A DNA stretch of 64,000 nt from Octopus sinensis (taxonomy: Eukaryota), in contig NC_042998.1 of assembly GCF_006345805.1 (NCBI RefSeq), positions 135,098,001 through 135,162,000 of the forward strand. Reading direction: 5' to 3'. Position numbers and translations under genes: made by a program. Below the pieces are notes generated by a model, which made no database searches, was not told the DNA's origin, and saw only the letters and a list, made by a program, of their open reading frames with translations. Position 1 is the stretch's first letter. Each line of letters begins with the position of its first letter. This document shows positions 51,437-62,200 of the stretch, in pieces.

Positions 51437-54400
51437 GACACACACACACACACACATATATGCATAGATACATTTTGCATGACTTAGCCCAATATATTAT
51501 TGAGGCATTGTTTTACTGCTGGATGTCTTCCTTCCTGTTACTAATCGATTTTGTTCTGTCTGTTTAGGTGACTTCCTTAACTGATGAAAGAGAAAAATTA
51601 TATTCAGAACAGCATGAGGCTGAATCTAAAATGCACAGTTTACGCAGACAATTAGGTAAAGTTATTTTATTTTTGTATTTCATTTTTTTTTTTTTTTACC
51701 AGGAAGGTGCTTATGACTTTACAAGGTTTCTGAGGCTGATGGGAGGGAGAGAGAAAGCTATCCTCAAACCAGAAGTCTGACCCAAATGCTTGTAACAGTG
51801 GAATCTACTAAAGGAAGTCAAGATGTCAGGTGGATGTGTTAAACTGGGCAACAGGCTAAATCTACCATCCAAGTAAACCATTACTAGATTTGAACTTGGA
51901 ATACAAAGAACCGAAACAAATACCACAAGGCATCTTGGTGTGATGTTCTTATAGTTCGACTGATCCACCATCTTGTATCAGGACATTTGTTTTTTTCTCA
52001 ACCTCTAAAGACTGAAAGGCAAAGTTGACCATGGCAGGATTTGAACTCAGACAGAATGCTTCATGATATTTACTCCAACTCTCTGTATTCTGACTCAGCA
52101 ATGACTCTGTCAATTTCTTTAACCCTTTAGCATTCAGATTATTCTGTCAAATGTAATGCTTATTTATTTACATTGTTTTGAATTATGTGTTATTTTGTAG
52201 CTTTAAGATTTCAATGATGTGACTTTAATTTTAGAATGACACTGTAGGATAGGTGTGAGGGGCTGGACTTGGCCAGTTTGAACAAGTAGAATATTTTGGT
52301 CAGATATGGCCAGTGTATGTGCTAAAAGATTAAATCTGTTTTTGTTAGAAGTTAATTAGTTATTCATATCTGTATTCCATATTTGTGTCATGGTTTGAAA
52401 CTTGCTTTTTTTTTTCCCTAATTAGAGGAGGCTGAAAGTCAGAGCCAGTGTGTTAGTATATCTTCCTCTGACCTACAGTCAGAAATCAATAAATTGAGAG
52501 CAGATTATGAAGAGCTTGCCAAAAGACATGAAACCCAAATCCGAGATAATGCACAACTAAGTCGGTAAGTAGAGGGCAACCAGTGATAAACTCTACATTT
52601 TTGCTTGCACTTAACCCTTTCGTTACTATATTTCTGACCAAAATACACCCCTCATGAGTTTCACTTAAATTCTAAAATAATCATGAATCTAGGCTTGTTT
52701 CATTAAATAACTAACTTTTTTACTTATCAACATATCAATGTGATATTTGGAACATAATTAAAGAAAGGGTTCTTAATCAATTCTATTGCATCACTTTTGT
52801 CTCAAAGTGACTTTAATTACAGATAAATCCGGGTAAATTGAGCAAAAGGTAAAAATATTAAAATTTTAAATTGAGCAAATGGTAAAAATATTAAAATTTT
52901 GTTTAAACATCACCATAGAAAATGAATCATCAGCTAATATTCAAATGGGAATGCAACAAAATTTTGATAAAGAAGAATTGTGCACATCACTATATCATCA
53001 GTTGAATTTAATGCACAACAGGTGTACCATAAAGGTGGAATAAAGTGAAATACTGGAATCCACCGTAAGTTTGACCGAACTAAAGAAATCGGTCAAAAAA
53101 TAATATACGGCCCTGGTTATGGTATGGAAGAGATAAATTCCAGACCACATCGTTCCCTAGGCCATGCTGACTAACATTATTTTCCCTGTATAAAAACTAA
53201 ATCCACACAGTACCCAGTATTTGCTTCACAAATTTTCCGAAATTTGAACCCCCATTTTGTGTTTGTTTACATTCTGCGTAAGTTTGTTTCCGCATTGATC
53301 GCTTCAAACAATAACTTCCAGACCACATCATACCCTAAGCCATGCTGACTAACATTAGTTTCCCTGTATAAAAACTAAATCCACAACAGTACCCAGTATT
53401 TGTTTCACAAATTTTCCAATTCGGAATCAATGCTTGATAACATGAAACTCCTATCCATTTTGAAAGTTGAAGAAAAATCGATGCTGAAAAAAATGTGGAA
53501 AAAAATCTCCCAAAATTCAGGGGAATTCAAATTACATGTCGATCGTTGTACAAAACTGTAGATGAACTGTTTACGAAGCATAATCACGTGTTTTCACGAA
53601 TGTACTAAAGAGATTTGCTCTGATATTCTCATTTAAATATGAATAGGTAAATTCGGGCGGGTTTGGGCGGTTTGGTCACATTAACCAAAATTCTTTTCAG
53701 GCGGCTTTGGGCGGTTTGGGAACGAAAGGGTTAAATGTGAACATAACATTCTTTCTTCCTTTATACGATGGGGTGCCCAAAAGAAACTGGAATTTTGCAA
53801 TATTATTTTATTCACTTAGCTTTACATGTTTACACTTTTATAGCCTTCAAAGTATTCACCATTTGAAGCAATGCATTGGTCCAGACACATTTTCCGCTGT
53901 TTGAACCAGTACTGGAACTCTTGCAAAGTGATACCTTGTTTTATTTCTTCACCTCTTCCACATCTGCAAATTCCCTAGCACCAGCTTTCATTACCAGTGT
54001 TGACCTTTGAAAAGAGGTCTGAATCAACTTCCAACTGTTCTTTCAATTCACAACACACATTCAGTCATAACTGCTTTTGATCTTCTGTGAGCAAATGAGG
54101 CATAAATTTTGCTGCAACTCTTTTCATTTGCAACTCCTTGCTCAAAATTCATTGGCTCCAGGACACAGCAGTCATATCAACAAGTTCATCAATTGTTCAG
54201 TGATGGTCCTCCAAGATCAGTTCATGAATTTTTGTGATGTTTTCATTCGTTCAGGAGGTTGATGGTCGTCCTAAAGAAGGTTAGTCTTTAAGCGATGAGT
54301 GATCATTCCTAAAGCATGGAAACCCTTGTAAACTTGTTTTGCTCATGGCAGCATCTTTATAAGCTGTTTGAAGCATGACAACTGTTTTGACTGCCATTTT

Positions 54401-57400
54401 CGTCAGCAGAAAACTGAATTTCGTGGCAGCATGCTGTTCCTTCATTTCAGCCATTGCAAAAATTGACAAACAGAGGAGAAGCACTGCAAAACAAAGACAA
54501 ATCATGTGGCAGTAACAGTACACCTGATGCCACTGGTCAGCAGATTGATACTTGAAGGTCACATCAAGTGGCTTCTAGCAGCAGAAGCCTGAACTACAAC
54601 AGGCTTGTCTCACAGAGAACATTTCCAGTTAATTTTGCGTACCACCTCGTAACGTCTATTTAATTATCAAACTGAGCAAGAGCTGCAGCTGGTTGAGTTC
54701 TTCTTTAGCCTCAGGTCAGACCTCACCCAGCATATCTTTCATCAAAGACATTCCTTCTCTTTTAGGGATATATTGATCACATTATTTAATATAACCTTTA
54801 TTTTTTTAAATTATAGGAGTTGATTTTAGCACACTTTGGTTATTTCTAGCAGGTGGAATGACTATATGCTCCCATTCTGGTTTTTGCTGCTTGAGTTGTT
54901 GTAATCAGCCAATTGATCATATAATGTGATTAGCATTGTATTGTGCCCAAGACAAAATATGTAACTAACTGTAATCTTGTCTACTTAGTTGTAAGTACAT
55001 ACCATATTGAAACAGCTCATGTAACCAAAACAAATGTTGTTTTAGTTTGTGTTCAAATCCTTTCATATGTGAAAACCTGTGATAGATGAATGGATTGTAT
55101 TTTGTCACCAGCAATTGTCTGTCAATGTGAAAACTGACACATGTTTCATCACTCCCAGGGTATTTTTTAGATGTAAACAGGAAACCTGTGCAAATTTGGT
55201 TTAGTAAATAATGTCACCCCAACAAACACTGCTTCATCCCTAATTCACCAGTCCTTTAAAATTTTTACTAATTTTTATAATCAGTTTATTGTATACAGTG
55301 GTCAGGTGCAATACAACTTATCTGAAAAGAGTAAAAGAGGCGAAAGAAAATAGCAGTGTGTCAAGTACAGAAAGATGGTAATACTAGCCCAAAGTACATG
55401 TACATTAGACAGGTAAAACATAAGAAAGCACAAAAGTGAACTGTAAAAGAGCCATAAAGAGGAAAGTATGTCTATGTGCACCAGGAAATAGTATTGGTGA
55501 TTTTTATGAAGCACAGAAGATTTAAGTAATAGTGTCCTGCAACCATCACAATTTATTACATGCTTTGACATTCTGAGAGTGAAGAAAGGATTGAGTTAAA
55601 TAGCTAATCGTACTATGGCTTATTTTGTTTGTCTTGAATTATTGATGTTTTGTTATATTTTGTGTTTGATTTATTGTTTTTAGGTTTCTTGAGGAAAAGG
55701 AAAACAAAATCATGGATTTGGAGTCTACTGTTGGTGATCTTAAAGAAGAATCAAGTAATAAAGCCCAACTTCTAGAAAATATTCAGAGTGATAAGACTGC
55801 CCTTAGTCGAGCCTTAACACAAAACAAAGACCTTAAACAACAGTTGGCAGAACTTCAGAATGGATTTGTGAAAATGGTTGGTTTTGATTTTTTTTCTTTT
55901 AATTTTTCCATTTTATATTCATTGTATCTTGTATTTCTTAATGCTTTTAAATTAAGATGTTTAATCTGTTTTTAGGATTAAGATTTTATGAAACAAATAA
56001 GCTTTGTTAAAGAATTAAATTAGCTCAACTGAAACTAAAAAATAAAGAGAAAAACCAAGCTTAAGTGAGCAGTAAATAAAATGAAAAAGCCCATTAAATA
56101 TGAAAATGTATGTAAAAGTTGAAAATGTATGTAAAATAGCCATCTTGTCATCAGTATAAGACTTTCTTTTGTAGAAGAAAATTATATTAACTTCCTGTTT
56201 TTTGATTATATGACTATCTTACAAAGAGAGGTGAAAGAGAATCAAATTGCTGCTGACATAATTATTAATTTGACAACATGTAATTTAATATCTTAAAAAA
56301 AAAAATAGTAATAAATAAATAAGAAAGGAAATCATAGTTATATCAAGTCAGTATCTAACTAAATTAACAAAAGCAGGGTCCAAGGGTAATATTCTCAGTT
56401 GGCATCAGCTAGTTAATTTAAGAAAATGTGAATACATTTGTATGCCAAAGGAAGAATATTTCAGATAGTCTTTCTTCAGAAGAAACATTAGAACTCTCCA
56501 TGACATACAAATTTATGAAATGTATTATTGATTAGATTATACATGTTAAGAATACTAAAAGAGGATGATTTTTAGAAATATTTTTCTCAGGAAAACTGTT
56601 TTCTATAAAGAATTTTTGCTGTTCTTTTTATATTTTGGATTCATGTTTTGTTTGGTAAATCAGATAAGGTGTCAGATACTTGGAACTACTATTATTGAAT
56701 TTGTTTCTTTCTTCAGAGTAATGACAGTATGGAACTAATGACCAAATTACAATCTGAAGAACACAGAGCTCACGAATTAGCTGATCGATTGGCACAACAA
56801 GAGGATGAACTGAAGGATATGAGAGAATTGGTTAGTTGTTTCTTCCTTATCTGTTTTTATGATTTATTGTTTCAGATTAATGTTTAAACTACCTTAGTGG
56901 CAACTGTTACTGGCAAGGAAAGGTGGGGGAGGGTTATTTCTCTTACTCTCCCTTGTTTCCTCATCAATGAGGGTCAACTTTAAGTCCATTGGATGGTTAA
57001 GATACTCATGGAATGTAACCAACTGAGGTTTATTTTTCAACATAGTCCCCCATGCTGTCTACTCACTTCTTTCATCTGTGTTGCAGTGCTTGGATCCCAT
57101 TGATGAAGTTGTCATCTTGTTGGTCAAAAAAGTCAACAGTAGATATGACATCATCATTATTGTTATACTGGTTCCGAGTCAAGTGTTTTTTTCATGTTGG
57201 ACAACAGACGATGGTCAGATGGGGAAGAATGGGGAGAGTGGTCAACCAGTTCAATACCACAGTTATGTACAACAGCCATTGAAACCAAGAACTTGTGTGC
57301 TAGAGCTATTTCTTGATGAAACAATTCTGTTTGCTCAATAGAATCAATGTTTACCTTTCTTAAATTGAGAAGGAATCAGATGGTCTTACAGAAATAGTTC

Positions 57401-59186
57401 TAACCAAACAAAGAGAAAGTCATATCTCATTTTGTTAAAAACTATTCAAGGGGATCTAAGCACTGAACATCATAGTTCTTAGGAGACATTTATATTCATC
57501 TATTTGTGTATTTCTAGGAACTGTTGGATGTTTCATTATTGTATGTCTTCTTTCCATGGGTTGAGTAGATTGTTACAGTCCAAGTCAATTTTTGTAAGAG
57601 TGTTGCTCTCATTGGTGTTTGTACATATCATTTGGCTTGGTATCTTCACCCAGATGCCCTTTCTTTTACCAACCACTTTACAAAATGTACTGGATGTATT
57701 TTTTCCATGGTACTAACACTAGAAAGGGTTGAATAGTTCTCAGTAAGACAAGATTAAAGGCACCTCAAATCTTTATGCTTCCTCTGCTCATTTGTCACCT
57801 TGTTGGTTATATTTTTTTTCATAGCACCAGCACTGGAGAAGTTGCCTTGCTCATCAATCTTTTAAATAGGTTTTCTTTTACTTCTGGTTAATTTTGCTTA
57901 TGATTTTGAATCTCAAGGGTTTGCTTTCATTTTCTCTTAGCCCGATACAATTATGAAAATTGTGTTCATAAGCTGATTTCTTTAAAATATACAGGGTTTG
58001 GGTAAAATAATGGAAACCCTTTAAAATTTCAAACAAATGAATTTTAATATGGGATAGGACCGCCTTTGGCAATAATCACAGCTTGAATTCTATGAGGTAT
58101 AAACTCATACAAAGTTTGAATTGTTTGCAAAGGAATTTTTGTCCATTCTTCAGCTAAAACAGTCTCCAGTTTTTGTAGTGACAATGGTAGAAGATATCAA
58201 CTCCTTACTTGTTTTTCTAAAATGCACCATAGATGCTCAATAATATTGAGATCTGGAGACTGTGGTGGCCTGATAAGATATTCAGCTTCACTAGAATGTT
58301 CCTCTTGCCAATCAGTAACAACTTTAGCTGTTTGAATTGGTGCATTATCATCCTGAAAGATTACATTTCCCTCCAGAAACAGTTCTGCAACCATAGGATG
58401 AATCTGATCAGATGAAATGCTTAAATAGTCTTGACTATTAATTCTATTAATACTTGGCCGGTGGTCGGAAATAAAGTAATGGAAGACTCATCCAGGAAAA
58501 TAACATTCTTCTACTGCTTTAGGGATCAATTCTGTAGGTTTTTACTCCACTGTAAACACTTTGCAACGTTTGTTTTTGGAAGTAGTGGTTTTCTGATTGC
58601 AGCCCTCCTGTGAAATCCAGCTTTGTGCAGCTTCCGGCAAACATTTTTTGTGGAAATTGGGTTCTCAAGGTGGTCATTAAGCTCTGCAGTAATTTTGGGA
58701 GCTGTACTTTTGTGATCCTTTGTAACAATTTGTGTAAGAGTCCGACGGTCCCTATCTGAAAGTTTTGGTTTTCTTCCAGAGTTTTGTTTCAATGAGGAGG
58801 TTTTTCCCTCTTTCTCAAAGGCTGTCATTACTTTTGAGACAGTACTTCTTGATTTACCAAACATTTTGGCTGTTTTCATTATGCTAGCACCTGCCATATG
58901 AGCACCAACAATTTGTTCTCTTTGAAAGTCCATTAGATCTGTCATTTTAATGAATTTTAATTATCTTTTTCTGATGATATCTGAAAAGAAACAGCAATTT
59001 TAGCAAAACATATTGAGCAACATTAATAATAAATAAAAAAAATTAAAAATAAACAAGCTTTTGACAGTTTTATAGATATTTCAAAATTATGATGCTATGA
59101 CGCTTCCATTATTTTGTCCAACTCCTGTATTTTGTGCAGTGAAATCTTAGCATTAGCACTGTACCACTTGTCTGATAAAACAATTT

Positions 59187-59217
<31 letters not shown>

Positions 59218-62200
59218 AAAGAAACTAAATTATTTTATCTATTCAAGTGTGAGTTGTAGTTGATGATAATGTTTGATGGTTTGCTTTCCCTGTTTGTTCA
59301 AAGAATGCTTGCTAATAAAGTATATTACATTGAATATTATGTTTTGATAAGCATCTTCATAAAAACAAAAGCTAAGATATATGTATTTCTTTATTGTTAG
59401 CTTGCTTCACGGGATCTAAAACTGGATGAGATCCAAAAGTGTGCTGACCATTTGCAGAGAGAAAATTATCAGCAGGAGCAAATCCAGGACCGACTGCGCC
59501 ATTATGAGGCCCAAGCACAGTTAGTAGAAACACTGCAGAGAGAACTGTCTGCCTCCCAGGTTTCTGAATTTTTATATTTTTGGATTTAAATTTCAATATA
59601 CCGTAAATCCTTGAGTATAATACACAGGGGATTTTTAGGGGGTTGCACCTCTGAAAAACCTAAACCTTGGGTATAATACATACCCCTTGAGTCGTGCGTA
59701 ATTAAGCCAGCGGCACCTAGTCGAACAAACACTTCCACGCATGTGTAATACAATAATGGTAATGTTCTTAACTGTTATATGGGAATGTAAATATGTTTGC
59801 AAATTGTTCTTGTTATATGTTATTCTGTGTTCTGAATACTTTTATTTTAATAAATGTTGCTTACTGCAAGTTATGGATGATTCTTTTATGACTTCATTGC
59901 TTTCAGGTTTAGCTTAAGGTATTTTCGCGCTCGACATCACAAAATGCGTCTGAATAAACATTGCCGGACAGCAAATAGAGACTCGGACATTGCTTAGAAA
60001 ATAATTTTCATTTTTAACCTCATATATAATACGCACTCGGGATTTTGACCATTAAATTTGGGGGAAAAAATGCGGATTATACTTGAGGATTTACGGTAAT
60101 TACTCTAGCAGAGTAAGAAAATGTAATTTCAATTACATTAATTAACCTAGTAACATTGGTTTCAAACATTTTCATTACTTTGATGAATTTTGAAATGTTT
60201 ATGTGATATCTTTATCTAAGTAATTGAATACTCATTTATTTATTTACTTCTAGGATATGATGAATGCTCTTACAACACAGAATTCTGAGTTGAGGAATAT
60301 GCTTGTAAAGTCACGTGATAACAAAGATATTTATGATGAATCAAAGGATGAGAAGAATGACACTATTGTTAGTAAATTTGAGCTTTGATTTTTACTTTCA
60401 TTATCTGTTGTAATTGTTTCTTGCAATATAAAGTATAATGGCTGGGTGTTTGTATTTAACCCTTTAGTGTTCACATTATTCTACCCAAATTAATCCTTTT
60501 TCATCCACATTGTTTTGAACTAATCATGCATTATCTTGTAGCTTTGAGATTTTGATGAGGTAGCTGTTAATTTTTAAAACGATATTGTAGGGTTGGTGTG
60601 AAAGACCAGATCTGGCCATTTTGAACATAAAACAGGCAGAATACTTTTGGCCGGATATGGCCGGTTTAAATGCTAAAGGGTTAACTACTGACCATTTAAA
60701 ATTTCACCTTATGACAATCATTGCATTGTACCTCTGGACAAAGTATCTGTGATTATTCTGGATTGTATCAAAACAAATTCCACTTCCTATTTTATGGTTC
60801 AGTAATTAGTTGTGAGAAAGGGCATCCTGCCGTTAAAACAATTGTTCAAATAAATAAACCCTCCCAAATTTGTGTCCCCCATAACAATTTATCTCGAGTT
60901 TTAAAACAATGCATGTAGTTATTGAAGATTGGAGTGTATATTGTTACTTTTCCATTTCTTTGGATGTCTTTGATGAGAATGACAAATCAACCAGAATTCA
61001 GTACCTTCTTTGGCCACTGCTGGTCATTCATGTTCTGCAAATGATTAACTTGTAGCTTTCTCAATGTAACAGCCCCTTAGAGGTCCTTCTGATGGCCATT
61101 GAACATCAGTGTGGTCACTCATCCTGTTAGAAACTTTAATAAAGTAAAATATTTTGCATGCCAAATCAAAGGAATGTTAACAGAGTAGAATTTGTTTGTG
61201 GCAGATGTGCTAGAACAATAATTATAAGAGCACATGGGAAATAGATGCATGGATAAAGATGAAGTTTCAAATGTACCATCTAAGATGGTCAAAGCAATTT
61301 TTGAAATTTGTTGAATGAACCCTTCCTCCATATGCCTGTCATAGGCCTGATAGAATAGTCACTGATAGAACACTTTGATCATAGGTTCAAGAGATCAGAG
61401 CTGATCTGGATATAAAGAGCAAGCATCACTATTACCACCTCTTTGGTATCAAGCAGACTAACTTAGATGGATTTGCACTGAAGAATGTTCAATCTGAAAA
61501 TTCTAGCAAAAGAAGTTGTGGCATTTCATTTGGCGGGAGATGGTTTAAATTTTTGGTTTCACTTCCATTGAACATTGTTTTAAACTATTGTAGACAAGCT
61601 CTCTGTATTATTAAAGTACTTTTTACCTTATGGTAAATATTCTGATAATCATAGTATTGAATATAGTTTCATCTGTGTATGTATTTTATAGGAATTTACT
61701 TTTCTATTCTTTGTCTTTCAGATTGGGTCCTTACAAGCTACTATTTGTCAACTGGAAGCTGAACGCAACCAGTTAATTGAAAATTTGAATGATCAGCGAA
61801 ATCTGTCTGATAATTTGAGTGTGAAAGTTGCTGATGTAGAGGAACAATTAAAAATGACCAGTAAGTAGTGATTTATTTGATAATAATTTTATGCCTTTAT
61901 TTTTTTAACTTTACTTCAGAAATTGATTATAATACATTTGAATGTTTACCCCAACTGGTAGTTGTGGTATTACTGCTGTTTCTACCATAAGATAACACTG
62001 GTCTACAAGGTTTTTGGTGTTTAGGAAATAGACATCATTCCTATACAAAATCGGTCTTCTGAATCCAACTATAACCTTCTTTTTGACCTATTAGGTCTAG
62101 TTTTTAAGTTATTGAGCCCTATAATCACATGGACGACTATTTTTGTAACCTAAATTTGAAAGGTTATTTACTGGAAAAATCGACAAACACTTGTCTATCC

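Noticed and set aside
51406-51473. N-terminus [11 protein letters not shown] of the 371-aa ORF as a real start
   Set aside because: It is translated microsatellite that happens to be in frame with the truncated RT.
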